Shown here: positions 1-13,129 of the stretch, piece by piece
Numbering within the stretch: position 1 is the first letter of the stretch
Layout of the letters: every line of letters starts with the position of its first letter
Source: the human T2T-CHM13v2.0 reference genome, Homo sapiens
Assembly: GCF_009914755.1 (NCBI RefSeq)
Contig: NC_060934.1
Strand: one strand, 5' to 3'
DNA: 64,000 bases
Made by a program: the position numbers and the translations under genes
Notes under the pieces: generated by a model
Database searches by the model: none
The model's input: only the letters and a program-made list of their open reading frames with translations
What the model was told of the DNA's origin: nothing

Positions 1-599
1 TGACATATATGAATCTGGACTTGGCCACAAGGGACTGGAAGAGGGAACTCTGAGACCTTGGCTGGTTTTAGCTTCCTCATTGCTGAAAAGGGGTGTTGCT
101 GTTGATGGTGGCTTGAAGTCCATGGCTGAGGGAATGGCACTTTTGGTTGCTCTGGCTTCCCCTGTTCCAGGGAAGGCCCTGGTCCTCATGCAGCGGTGGG
201 GATTGGTGGCTCTTTGTTGGGTCTCAGGGCAGGATATCTCAGGATGATATTGCAATCCCTTCCCTGACTCATTTCTTCTTTAAAATGGCCTCTTGAGAGC
301 CTTCTTTGGCCATCTGCTAGGAATCTGACCAATACCAATTACTTTCTGAATTTTTCTTGCTCTAAAGTCAAGAAACTAAGATGGAGTGACCAGTATCAAT
401 ATACTTTCCTTTTCTGGTTTCTGGGTGAAGAAAGATTAGCATTGCTGGAAGGTGAGATGGTTATATTAAATTCATTGCTTCTATGCTAAATCTTGACAAA
501 TATGAAAAGCAAAGGGAAAAAGGGGAGGGGATCCTAACTCAAGCCTGGAAGCTTTTGAATGGCTGGAAAATCATTGCATTAAGACACAATAAACATCAA

Positions 600-1900
600 T
601 CTGCAGGTATGTTATAATTTTATTTTTTTAAGATAACATTGACTGGCTGTAACTGCTTTTGTATCGAAGCAGGGAAGCCGTACCCGAACTTGAAAATCTT
701 TCATCTGTTATCCCTAATACATACTCACAAGCACATCGCAGTCTTGAGGAAGTACAATTAAAAAGGGGGTAATCCTTTTTTCAAGTCCTCAGGTTTAATT
801 TTCCTGATTATGGTAGATTATGAGTCATTCTGGGTCTTGGTCTCCAAGAGAGACAGCGCCTTCCCTTCAGTCCCTTTCAACAGTTGTTTATGGCAGTTTC
901 AGCCTCTTTCTGCCGCTCGGAGGCTCTTTATTTTTAAAGCAAGGCAGACAAGGCCTAAAATTATTCCATTAAAGAGGGGCAATTTTTGTAATGGGACTTA
1001 GAGTGCTTTGCAGAAGTGCAGGCAAGTTTCTTCAATATCCTGAGCATTATTCGCTCATTTAGTTAAATGATGTTTCTAATTCCCTGGTAATTACATGTAA
1101 TGAGGCACTTTTTCTCTTCTTGATGAGACTTTAGCTTAATATGAGATGGCGTATTTTTTTCTTTTTTTCTTTTTCCATGGGGATAATTACCCCTTCCCAG
1201 GAAAAGCAGGGTTTGTTGTGCAGAATATAGCAAATTATTTTATTTCCTGCCATCTTGACTGCCAGTAAATTATAAAATTAAGTTTCAGTGGCGCATTAGC
1301 ACCATTTTGGAAAAGGCTCAAGACTCCATTTTTTCTTTTTCTTTTTCTCTTTCTTTCTTCTTTTTTTTTTTTTTTCAATTCATGTACTGCTTTCCTCTGG
1401 GACTGTAGAGGCTATTATTCATAGAACAGATTTTTTTTTCTGCCAATTCCTAGTATTCAGATGTATTGAAGCAGCAACATAGGTTTAATTTTTCTGGATG
1501 GTATCCAGCGTAGAATGTTCTTATAAGCGTCTTTGTGTTCAGGTAATTATCATCATAAAGTTAAGTAATATGTCCCCTCTTTTCTCTGGTCTCCTCTCAC
1601 TCCTCCTTTGGATGTCAAATTACCTATTTTTGTGCAATGCTTTAATTAGGCGCAAAGCAACTAAATTTGAATCACATGAAGGTGGTGACACCAACTATTA
1701 AAAGGCAAGAAACTCAGTTAATATAGTCACTCTACTTAGCTCTTTCTGTTGTTAAAAAGCAAATTCGAGGAAAGAAAAATATGGGGAGAGCATCATTTAA
1801 TTAAGGACAATGTCATGCTGAACTTTGGTTTTCTGGATTTAATTATTTTTACCAATTTTAAGAATTATATGTTTGTGTGTGTGTTTGTGCAAATGCACAC
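600..1900. promoter_or_regulatory. Repeat-free AT-rich block, candidate conserved non-coding element/enhancer
   Basis: No recognisable repeat over ~1.3 kb; many TAAT/ATTA cores, TAATCC (~770), TTTATGG (~887) and palindrome ATTACATGTAAT (1090-1101). Function is inferred only. Confidence 0.3.
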
Positions 1901-1989
1901 TTCTGCCATTTTTTATTTTTGTTTGTGCAGAAGAAACATTTCTTTGGAAGAAGCAGCCAAATGAGATGAAAAGAGGAAAAGAGAGCTTT

Positions 1990-2105
1990 GGCCGGGGAGC
2001 CAGGGGGCTGGAGTTGTAGGGTAGACTCCATTTACTCCCACCTGGCTGTGTGCTTCGGGCAAGACAATCTTTTTGAGCTTCAGTTCCCTCCTGTGTAAAA
2101 TGTAT
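1990..2105 (+). mobile_element. MIR fragment
   Basis: Degenerate MIR core 'ctgtgtgcttcgggcaag...gagcttcagttccctcctgtgtaaaatg'. Confidence 0.6.
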
Positions 2106-2376
2106 GAGTCGCAGCAGAGGATCTCCAGTCTTTAGAAACTTGAAAGATCTTCCTATCAGTTAGCAAAAGAACCATGTCGTTGGGGTTATAGCAAAGTAGC
2201 CCAGATTTAAAGTTTGAGGTTGGATTGTTGTTGTCATTTTTTGCCCCCCACCACCTGCTCTATCATCCCTTGTAAAGATGCTGGTTCCCAGGGATCCAGG
2301 TGCCCCCATCTCCTGTCTTGCTGATGGTCGTATGGTTCCTGTTTGGGTTCTACTAAACTTCTAGGCCTGGAAAGTA

Positions 2377-2695
2377 GGGAGATGCCACCAGTGCCCTGTC
2401 CACGCAGGATCAGTGTTTCAGGTGCGAGTGAACCAGGGTCATTCGCTGCAGAGGGAGATGCCACCCAGTGCCCTGTCCACCCAGGATCAGTTTCAGGTGT
2501 GAGTGAACCGGGATGCCCTGTCCACACAGGGTCAGTGTTTCAGGTGCGAGTGAACCAGGGTCATTCGCTGCAGAGGGAGATGCCACCCAGTGCCCTGTCC
2601 ACCCAGGATCAGTTTCAGGTGTGAGTGAACCGGGATGCCCTGTCCATACAGGGTCAGTGTTTCAGGTGTGAATGAACTGGGGTCCTTCACTGCAG
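2377..2695. repeat. Higher-order minisatellite, 122-bp unit (77+45 bp subunits), ~2.5 copies
   Basis: Anchor TGCCCTGTCCA at 2392, 2469, 2514, 2591 and 2636 (spacings 77, 45, 77, 45). Confidence 0.92.
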
Positions 2696-3169
2696 CCCTC
2701 AGTTTCCCTTGAGTCATGGGTAGCCTAATATTTTCCTTTTCTTGAGGGCAGCCGGAGAATTTTTTTGTTTGTTTGCATATTTGAAATCAACAGCAGTGTT
2801 CTGAAAATAATACCGTCCTTTTCAGATAAATGTCAAAAGACTGATGTGAGCTGATTTCTTCATGTTTGGGGAATGGGGAATGTTTACCAAAATGATAAAT
2901 CTTTCTCACTTGTATAATTAGCCTGCAATAAAAACCTCCCATCCGGAGTTTTTATTTTAAGAAACTGCTGTTTGGAATAATTCTGTTATAGGATAGTTAT
3001 GTTGGTCACTTCACTGTTTCACTTGGGATCACCGAGGAGGCTCATGCCGGCTTCCTGATGGGTCCTCCATAGGCATAGCTCCAGGCACGTGCCTTCTCAG
3101 CTCAGCACCCTTCAGGAGCTCCATGATGACCACATCACAGTGTAAACTCTGAATCTCAGCGTGGACCAG

Positions 3170-3400
3170 AGGTGGGCCCAGAGTCAGATGGATTCGGGTC
3201 TGAGTCTTAGATCTGCCACTCACAGAGTCTGTGATCTTGGGCAAGTTGCTTACCATTTCTGAGCCTGTTTTCTCATCTTAAAAATGAGCATCGTAATAAT
3301 ACCTCGTCAGGTAAAATAAGATACATGTAAGGCACAGAGCTTGGGACTTAACTGCTGAGTAATGTGAACTGCTGGTATTATTGTTGTTATGATTACTACC
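3170..3400 (+). mobile_element. MIR SINE
   Basis: MIR core 'tgtgatcttgggcaagttgcttaccatttctgagcctgttttctcatcttaaaaatg'. Confidence 0.8.
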
Positions 3401-3541
3401 TCACCTTTTACTGCTTGCCTAGATGTATGTGTGCCACATCCCAACCACTGGTTCCTAACTCACCCCAGGCTCTCCTGTCCTTGTGCCTCTGTTTATACAG
3501 GTTTCTCTGCCCAGCATATTTTCCCTTTCTTACTTCCCCTG

Positions 3542-3594
3542 CCATTCATTTATTCATCTCCATTCATTTATTCATCTCCATTCATTTATTCATC
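3542..3594. repeat. 18-bp tandem repeat x3 (CCATTCATTTATTCATCT) derived from an L2 3' tail
   Basis: Units start at 3542, 3560 and 3578 and run into L2-end-like 'caaatacttatggggagcatccatgatgtgccag'. Confidence 0.8.
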
Positions 3595-4242
3595 AAATAC
3601 TTATGGGGAGCATCCATGATGTGCCAGTCCTATTGGCCTGTTGGGCTCATCTCAGACACAGCTTTGGTGACTGTCCTAGTGGGAAGGGCCCTCTGCATCC
3701 CCCACAGGCCTGCAGGCCCATGCTTTGCTGTGGCCACATATAACGCACAGGGCCCTCTCTCAGTCACTCCTGTTCTCCTCTTTTCCACGTTGGTCCTAGT
3801 ACATCATTTCCCATGGAGGAGCTATGTGAACAGAGACTGAATTGAGGGAAATCACTTTTGGAATCCCAGCCCTCTCCTCAGGCGCCAGTGGAGCATGAGC
3901 TGTGCTGTGGATGAAGTCCGTTGGCACAGTGAGTCCCTGGGATGGAACCTGCACTCGCTGCTTGACCCATGGCTGGGTGAGTGGTGAAGCGGTCAGCACA
4001 AGCTTCTAGCCCAGGCTTCCCTCTTAGCAGCATGTGGCCTTGGGCATGTCACAGAGTCTCCCTTCCCTCTCCCCCATTTTCTCTTCTGTCAACCGAGCAT
4101 AACTGACGCTACAATCTCACTGACAGATGGTGAGCGAGGATGGAGTGAGCGGGCATGTGCGGCTCTTAGCTCCATGCATGGCTCACCGACGTTGGCCGCT
4201 CTTGTTATCATTACAGTGATGATTATTAGCCTTTCTACATGA

Positions 4243-4412
4243 CAGATTCTCAAACCTGGCTGCTACCCATGAGAATCATGTGGACAGCCCTTAAACAAAG
4301 ATTCCTGGGCTCCCCCTTGAACTTCTGCACCAGAACTGCCAAGATGGAGTCCGGGAATGTGTTAGCTACGTGCTTTTAAGACGACTCTGGTGCCCAGCCT
4401 GGGAACCCACAA
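4243..4412. mobile_element. MER5-family hAT-Charlie MITE
   Basis: Termini 'cagattctcaaacctggctgc' and 'cagcctgggaaccc', ~170 bp. Confidence 0.55.
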
Positions 4413-4489
4413 GGGGCATACTCCTGGCATGGGCAATGTCTGTGTTTAGTGGGGCCAAATACTGCCCCATTGAATCAAGAAGTGCACTC

Positions 4490-4908
4490 TATACTGGGCT
4501 GAATAGTGTCCCCTCCCAAAATTCCTGTCCACCTGGAATCCATGAATGTAACCTTATTTGGAAATAGGGTTTTTGCAGATATAATCAAGTTAAGATGAGG
4601 TCATGCTGGAATAAGATGGGCCATAAATTCAATGTAACTGGGTGTCCTTATAAGAAGAGGGGAACTTTGTACACAGAAACAGACATAGATGGAAGTTGGT
4701 CATTTGCCTGTGGAGGCAGAGATTGGAGTGATGCTGCCACAAGCCAAGAAGCGGCTACAGAAGCTGAAATAGGCAAGGACGGATTCTTCTCTAGAGGCTC
4801 TGGAAGGGGCAGACTTCTGACTTCCAGAACTGCGAGAGAATACATTCCTATTGTTTGAACCCCTCAAGTTGCGGATGATTTGTTACGGCAGCCCTAGGAA
4901 ATGTGACA
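4490..4908 (+). mobile_element. MLT1B/C-like MaLR solo LTR
   Basis: 'gaatgtaaccttatttggaaatagggtttttgcagatataatcaagttaagatgaggtcat' through 'ttgttacggcagccctaggaaa'. Confidence 0.85.
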
Positions 4909-5879
4909 GGCTCCAAGTCACATTTTGAGAATCCTACACTGAGGCAGAAACTCTGCTGATGAGGCCCACTTTGTGAATAGTTGACATGCTTCCAGCTTTA
5001 TAAACATCAATTCAAATCTTAGAAGAGAATTTCCCCCTCTGGGCAAAATGGGCGTTGACGTATTTTTTTAAAATGGGAGTTAAATGCTGAGGGTATAAGG
5101 CACCTCTGGCCCATATGGGACTGGCTGAGTCCCAGGTCTTCTGTCTTCCCGGCCAGGCCTGAGCATGTGCAGGGAGGAGGCCGACGACTGGCTGGGCAGA
5201 TGCAAACCTCCATTTGTGTATTGCTACCTTTCCAGAGCCTCGGGGATGCTCGGTGGACACCTCACAGGAGGTGAGATTGACAGAGCCGGTTCTAGTCTTA
5301 GCTGTCTTCTTCCTTCCTGAAGGTTCCTGGACAAGTCACCTGATCTTGTGGAACCCAAGTTTCTCCACCTCTAAATGGAACACACTAAATTGTTATGAGT
5401 GAGCATCAGAGGAAATCAAGAGTGTGTGATTTAGCTCTGCATGCAACGGGCTCTGTAGATAATTTTCATTGCAGTTATTTTGACTTCACTTTGGTGAGTC
5501 GACTACCCCAGGTTTTGAAATGAACACAGGGAGGCAGAATACGTGTTGTAATCCCAGGCTACAGTTCTGGAGCCTTTATTGAAGGAGAAGACATTTTTTA
5601 TTTGTAAGAATGAAAAACGGAAGGCGGGGAGCCTATGTGGCATGGAATTCAAGAAATGGAGCAACTGGCCACTGGCGATGGGAAGGCCCATGGCAGATTC
5701 TGCAAATCTCTCTGGAGTTTCTGCTTGAGTTCCTGTTCGCCGCTGTGAGCCCCTCACTCTTTCGTTGCTGAGACACCTTCACCATGGCTCAGGAGGCCAC
5801 ATGCTATTCCTCAGGTGGCGGAGGGCAGAGACCGAGGGAGTCGGTAAAAAGGAGAGGGCTGGAAAATTCCTCTTAGCAT

Positions 5880-6300
5880 AAGAATAAACAGTGATTTGAA
5901 TATTCAGTTGTGAGGGTTATAAATAACTGTGAGTTTTCATTGACGTGTAAGCGGTGATACATTTTGTACAATAATTAGTTATTTGATTACTTTTGTTTTA
6001 GCCTGAAGTAGAGGACAATTGACAAATGTGAATACCTCTGAGACTGATGGGGCGCAGTAAACTAACTTTATTTATTACAAAATGCAATTTTATTAATATG
6101 AATTGACAGTAATTAATTTGCTGGTGTTGATGTTGTTAATAATTGCATGTAATTTATGAAATATTCATGCTAGAGCAGAATAAAATAATGCACGGGTCCT
6201 CTGGCTTGTTTGTTAAGTCTGTGAATATTTCAACAAAGCCTTTCTAATTCAATGTATTCATAGTACAGTGGTTTAAAATCCCACAAAATTACCAAAAATA
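5880..6300. promoter_or_regulatory. Candidate homeodomain-site-rich enhancer/conserved non-coding element
   Basis: Non-repetitive AT-rich block with TGACAGTAATTAAT (6104-6117), TAATTAG and TAATTGCATGTAATTTATG. Confidence 0.4.
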
Positions 6301-6970
6301 TTTTAATTTCTTATTTGAGTGTTTCTTAACTCAACTTCCAGGCATGTCCAGGGATACTGTGCTTATACTTCAGGGCACCATGAAACTCCCTGAAATTAAA
6401 TGGAGGAGGTGTTTTTTTGAGAGCCTCCCCCAGAAGATTAAGTACCAGTGCATTGTCTAACTTAATCTTCTTCAATGCTCCAAAAATACTTTACTCCCAT
6501 TTCATAGATACAGAAACCAAGGCTGAGAGAGATGTCATTGTTGCTGGTCCCATGTAAGTTGAAGTGTCAGAGGTAAGATTCAACTCTGTCCTCTGGCTTC
6601 TAAATCCAGGACCCATGGAGTAAAATCTAATTTTGCCTTTATTCCAGTTTTTTTTTTTTTCTGAATGAAAGTATGGACTGTTTCCCCCTCCTAATTCAGT
6701 TTGGCCCTCTTGTTCCTAGAAAAGGATTGTAATTAGAGGGCATCACAATTGAATTCAGCTAATGTGATCAGCAACATGGGGGCCCCGCTGGAGCCTGTGG
6801 TCAGGCTCTGTGGAGGCGCTTCAGTCTGCTCCCTTGCTTTGGAGACCCCCTCCCCACTCTGAGGGCTGCAGGCCAGGGGCCAGGAAGTGGCTGTATTTCG
6901 GAAGAGGCAGCTGTGGGGTGCTGGCACATGCTCTAAACCCCCTAAGAAGTCAGGGCTCAGTTCCTAACTC

Positions 6971-7124
6971 CAGGGCTGACTTCCTGGGCCTGCACCGTGT
7001 TTGCGGGCTGAGAAGGCCTCCACATTTGGTTCAGTGCTCTAGTGTCACCAATCCTTAGTAACTTTTGAACAAGGACTCTACATTTTCAAGTTCCCTGGCC
7101 CCGCAAATTATGTAGCCACTTCTG
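6971..7124 (+). mobile_element. MER91A (hAT-Tip100) inserted in a MIR
   Basis: Starts 'cagggctgacttcctgggc' and ends 'ggccccgcaaattatgtagccacttctg'; MIR sequence continues on the right ('caagttatttcgcttctccgagcctcag'). Confidence 0.75.
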
Positions 7125-7659
7125 TATTCCCTCTGGGACTCTAAGACAAGTTATTTCGCTTCTCCGAGCCTCAGCTCTTCATCTGGGAAATGGGGACGAG
7201 ATGTTTTACTCTCTCAGATTCTAGAGGGCGATAAATGAGTGCATGCCCAAAATGCCTTTTACATTCTGAAGCCCGGGGCCAATGCCAGGGATTTGTATCA
7301 GAGTGTTGTCTTCCAGTGTCTGCACCTTCCAACTCTCCTGGGAGGGAGCAAGAGCTGCAGAAGGATGACCACAGGAAGACTGAGTCTCGAGAGCTCTTTG
7401 TCAGCCCCCTTGACCCGCATCCCAGGGCAGAGGCATCGAACAAAGACCTAAGTCCATGGATAATCCAAGGCAATAAATGCGCTCCACATTCTTGGCTGGG
7501 GGTTAGCACCAAAGCCATCACATGGGAAGGTTTAGGGTTTGAGAAAGCACCACCATTACCTATGTGTTTTCACCACCCAGGCATGTTCCCTATTTGTTTT
7601 GAGAAGAAAATGAAAGAAACAAATTTTCTGCACAAAGTTTCCAACTGGCAAACATTTTT

Positions 7660-7830
7660 CCAGCTGTGAGACCTTGGACACATTTTCATCTCAGAACTGT
7701 TTTTTCTTTTGTAAAATGATGTAATAATTGCAGTTATCTCCCTGGGCTGTGGTGGGTATTAGACAAGAAAATGCAAGTAGAACTCACAGAGATTGGCCTG
7801 TAGGAAGCACTCAGTAACAGCTTTGCTTTG
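7660..7830 (+). mobile_element. MIR fragment
   Basis: 'gctgtgagaccttggaca...gtaaaatg...ggcctgtaggaagcactcagtaa'. Confidence 0.6.
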
Positions 7831-7886
7831 TCTTCTTGTGATTGTTATTCATTAATAAAATTTATGCTGCTCACAGAGCTCTGTTA

Positions 7887-8176
7887 CTTATTTATTTTTT
7901 TGAGACAGGGTCTTGCTCTATCCCTCAGGGTGGAGGGCAGTGGTGTGGTCATGGCTCATTGTAGCCTCTGCTTCCCGGACTCAAGCAGTCCCTCCATCTC
8001 AGCCTCCCAAGTAATTGGGGTTACAGTGGCGCACTGTAACATCTGGCTAATTTTTGTATTTTTTGTGGAGACGGGGTTTCACCATGTTGCCCAGGCTGGT
8101 CTTGAACTCCTGAGCAATCCCCATGTCTCTACCTTGCAAAATGTTGGGATTACAGGCATGAGCCACCACACCCAGC
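7887..8176 (-). mobile_element. AluJ
   Basis: Diverged dimeric Alu in antisense with T-rich tail on the left; CTCTGTTA on both sides (TSD remnant). Confidence 0.9.
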
Positions 8177-8669
8177 TAACTCTGTTATCTTTGACAGGGT
8201 GGATGAAGGGTTAAGGTTGGAGTGAGAAGGTGGAATTCGTCTTGTCACTCTCGGCCTGCCTAGCTCCTCTTGCTCACTTACCTCCCCCATTTTCTCACTC
8301 TGTTTATCCTCCCTGAGTATCTGGGGAGACTTGCACCCTACCACCTCCAACCCCCAACACCTGGGGAGGCAGTTCAGGTGGGAGCTTGGCTACCACACTG
8401 CAGGCTGCTTCTTTTCCCCGGAACCTTGATTTTTACTCCTCAGACGTCATCTCAGTGATCTTCCTGCACTGGGATTGTGGTTAAATGTCTGTACTCAGGA
8501 TCCACATGAGGGTGAGCCGCTCATGGAGGGAGAGCACTTTTCCTCCACCTCATCCCAGGCCTAGCTCGGCATGGGGCCTGCCCTGGCTGATTCCCAGTGA
8601 ACACCTATCGAATAAACAGGGAAACCGAACCTTGAAAGGAAAGGGGCGTCTGCATATAGACAACACCTC

Positions 8670-9365
8670 TTTTTCTTTTTTTCTTCTTTCTTATTTTTTT
8701 CTTTTTCTTTTTTAACTGTCTTAACCATTTCCAAGTGTAAAATTCAGTGCATTAAGCACATTCGCAGTGTTGTGCAACCATCACCACCATCTGTTTCGAG
8801 AACTTTCCTTCATCCCTTACAGAAACTCTGTACCCATTAAGCAGTAACTCCACATTCTCTCCTCCCCCAGCCTTTATTTTACTTTCCATCTTTATGAATT
8901 TGCCTATTCTGGATGCCTCACATAGGTGGAATTGTACAATATTTGGCCTTTTAGATCTGGCTTCTTTCATTTAGTATGTTTTCAACATTTATCCATGTTG
9001 TAGCAGATAGCAGAATTTCATTTCTTTCTAAGCCCGGATAATATTCCCCTGCATAGATTTTGGTTATCCATTTTGTTTATCCATTTAGTTACTGATGGAC
9101 ACTTGGGCTGTTTCTACCTTTTGGCTATTGTGATGAGTGCTGCTGTGAACATTGGTGTACAAATATCTGTTTGAGTGACTGCTTTCAGTTCTTTTGGGTG
9201 AAAATTACCTAGGTGTGTAATTGCTGGGTCATTGGTAATTGTATGTTTAACTTTGTGAGGAGCTACCAAACTGTTTTCCACATGAACCGCACCATTTCAC
9301 ATTCCCACCAGCAATGTCTGAGGATTCCAGTTTCCCCACTTCTTCACTGACACTTGTTATTTTAG
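8670..9365 (-). mobile_element. L1MB-type LINE-1 3' end
   Basis: 'gtgttgtgcaaccatcaccaccatc...agaaactctgtacccattaagcag...gctgtgaacattggtgtacaaatatctgtttgag'. Confidence 0.85.
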
Positions 9366-10354
9366 ACAGCACTTTTAATCATCGGGCAAATAATTGCCTC
9401 CTTCTTCACAGGCATCTTTGCTTGAAGCAGACTCTAAATCAGGAAGAGCAGGTGCAGGAAAGGAGAGGGCCTGGGGAGCCACAGTTATTTACTTTTGCTC
9501 AGAGACGCTGAGGGTACCCTTGTTCTTTAGAAAATAGCTGGGACAGTCTCTGGTGGAAGTTGCTGAAAGCCCATGTTCCTCTCTGCTCTTCCAGCAACAA
9601 GAGCAACAGGGAAACAGAGGACATTATATGAGTGAAGATGGCAGCCACCTTCTGATGCCATTCTTGGCTAATTCTGACTACATAATGTGGAGTAAAAGTT
9701 TGTCTCCATATGACGTGCTGCAACAAGTAATGAACCGTTATTCTCCTGGACAGAGGTGTGGTCAGGGTGTGTGGCTGGGACTGTCACTGTGGAGGCAAGA
9801 TGAATGTACCAAGCACTCTCTATGCTGAGGACCCGGTTGTTTTGGAGTTATAACACCCTAGTCGCTTTAGTCATTCATGAGCTTCATGATGACATTGAGT
9901 CATCTGACACTCCCACCCTTTGTATGGGGCTCCACTGGGCGCCAAGCAGGGGCTGCTGTGTGCAGATGGTGTCCTGGGATTCTAAAAGACACAAAGTGCC
10001 CTCTGTCTCGTCAGGATCTCTTTCTGCAGCAGGGACCCTCGATAGAGGTTATCCAGCCTGGACAGAGGATGAGGATCCTGGATTCTCTGGTCTGAGAACC
10101 TCTCTGGGTCTGCTAGAGATCCCAGCCTGTCCTGCAGTGACCAGGGCACTGGGGTGGAGCTCATCTTCATCAGTGGAACTGGCCCCTCTTCTTGGTGGAC
10201 GCTGAGGCCTGCAGGAGCATAGTCCCACAGGGTGGCAGGGCAGACCAGGGCAGCCACAGTTTACTGGTAAATGGGCCCTCAGCATTCTTACTTGCAACAC
10301 TGGGTCAACAAGTGGGGATGGGCGGGGGGGCAAGCCCTTAAATGAAGGTAAATA

Positions 10355-10681
<327 letters not shown>

Positions 10682-11469
10682 TCAGGTTTCCTGGACACTC
10701 CCGGGACCGGTGCCTTGGGAGATGTGGTGGGCATGGAACCACCCTCTTGCCTTTCTGGACTTGGGCAGTCAGTGGCGCTTCATTGAGACCTTACTATATC
10801 CCAGGTACTATGCTTTGCACTTGACAGACCCCTCACCACCCACCCTATGGTGGGGATTACCAACTCCCCTTTGCAGTGTGACTGGCACTTGGGTTGTGGC
10901 TATGACATTTCCCAGTTGAGTGATCTTGGGCAAGTCAGTTTACCTCTGTGGGCCTCAGTTTCCTAGTTTGGGAAAGGGAGATAAATGTGAAAATACTCTG
11001 TGTAAAGTGGAAAACATGTTTTAAATGTTAGAGCTACATGGAGTGAGAAGTTACTGTGTGACAAATTTACGTTGACACAAAGAACTCATGAAGATGTTAG
11101 GATTCACATTAACAAATAAGGGAAAGTTGGAGTATCTTATGTGTTCAGGCACAAATATCGATGGTGAAGTGTGCAATTATTAGCAACACCAGCAGAATAA
11201 CCACTGCACAGCTGGTAGGGTCTGAACAGGTATTCAAACTCTGATCCTTCAGAGATCAAAGTCCATGTCCTTAAGCACCGCACTGCAGGGACCCCATGAG
11301 CTTCTGTGAGTCTCACAGTGGTCTTGTTCAGCAGGCCAAGAAGCAAGTAATAATTCCCTTAAAAAATGAGGAGATGGAGGCTGAAAGAGAGGCGTTAAAT
11401 GTGAGAACTCATAAAAGGGTGTGGAGCCAGAGGAAATTTAGTCTCAGATCCTAAGGTCTGGAGTTTATA

Positions 11470-11990
11470 ATTCATTCATTTATTTAAGAAATGTTTATTG
11501 AGCAGCTGTTATGTACCAGGGACCGTTTGGGGAGCTTTGAACGCCATGATGAGCAAATTCAGACCTTATGGACCTTTTGGGATATGGGGGAGGCAGACAA
11601 GTAAATAACCCCACAAACGAGACACGTAGTTGCAGCTGGGCTAAGAATTTCTATTTGCTCCTACAAATGACAGATATGATGCAACAAGGGCCTGGGAAAG
11701 CCTATCAGGGAGCTTCCCTGAGGAAACACTGCCGGACTGGAGAGGAAGACAGAGGGGAGAGGATGCCTGAGCAAAGGCCCTAGGGAAGGCGCCAGGGACT
11801 GTGGGGTTGGAGCTGAGAGCAGGAAGTGAGGGTGGTATGAGGTGTGTGGGTGGTGAGGAGGGTTAGGGCCATGTTTTGAGGTCTTGTCTTCATCCTAAGA
11901 GCAGTGGGAAGCTTTCTGAGGGTAGGAGAGAGATCAAATTTGGGCTCCAAAAAGCTTATTCTGGCTTCAGTGTGCAGAGTAAACCAGAGA
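11470..11990 (-). mobile_element. L2 LINE 3' fragment
   Basis: 'attcattcatttatttaagaaatgtttattgagcagctgttatgtaccagg' is the antisense L2 3' terminus. Confidence 0.75.
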
Positions 11991-13129
11991 AAAACCAGTT
12001 AAAAATGGCAAAAGATGAAGAGCACGTCATCCAAGTAAAATCTTAAACAGCTTGTGCTTTCCCTAGACTAAAAAAGATACTCAACCTAGGTATCTGCATG
12101 TGTGCATGTAACGCACACAGCCTTGTCACATTGCACTTGGGCCAGCCAACAAGCTTCAGGAGGCACCTGATCCTCCCATTTTTGTGGGTCCCCTGAGCCG
12201 GGTCAGCACCTGTACTGAGTCCTCAAGAGCCCTCAAGACCTCTTGCTAAATAAATAAACACATTAGTGATAGTGCCATCCTTCCAGCCAGTCTCTGACAC
12301 CTGAGATGAGAGGAGTTCAGGGTACCATTGCCCACCACCCCTCTAAGCTTGGGGGCCTCCTAGGTTGGTCCTCAGGGACTGGGCAGTGGAGTTGGAGGTC
12401 CTGGAAGTAGTACTCTACACAGTACCGAGAAGTCCAAGGGGAAGGCTGCTTAAAACCGTCCAACATTCTAACTCGTTCTCCTGGGAGACACTGAAGGCAG
12501 GGGAATGGGAGCTACCGTAGAGCCTGCAAGGTTACAGACTGAGAGCCCCTGAAAGCAGAGGAAACTCGAAGTGGAGTGGATGGGGTTGGGCATTTGTCTT
12601 CATAGTTGCCTCTCCATGTCATGTACATCTACCCCATCTCCCTGGAACCTCCAAGGGGCTGTAATGGGGCTATTCCTTACATCTGCTGCATCAGAATACA
12701 AGGTGGGCCACAGGAGTGGGTTTAATAGGGAGCCTTGGCTTTTCTGGCAGCAATCTAGGAAAAGACATGAGCAGGAGAGAGTTGAAAGGAAAGACCAGGA
12801 GTTTGCTGGAGTGAAGAGTTACTTTCATAAGTTGGAGTCCTGGACAGTGAGATGCACCATTTTCCTCCCATTCAGTGGTGGCCTCTGCGTCTCCACTTGG
12901 CCTGTGGTTTGAGATGGGCCAAATCATGATTCCTTGAGGACACTGAAGAAAAGGAATGTGTCATGAAGCAATTTAGTGGCAAATATCTGAGGGAAGAGGT
13001 GTCAAATAGAGACAGAGGAGTAGGGGAGGCTCATAGGGTATGTGAGGGCAGCATGACTGGGGTCCTTGGGATCAGGCCCAGATAAAAACTGGGATTTTCC
13101 AGTATGGAGTTGGGTTTGCCCACAACTTC

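Noticed and set aside
2377-2695. CRISPR-like repeat/spacer appearance
   Set aside because: The intervening segments are themselves repeated rather than unique spacers, there are no cas genes, and the context is primate DNA.
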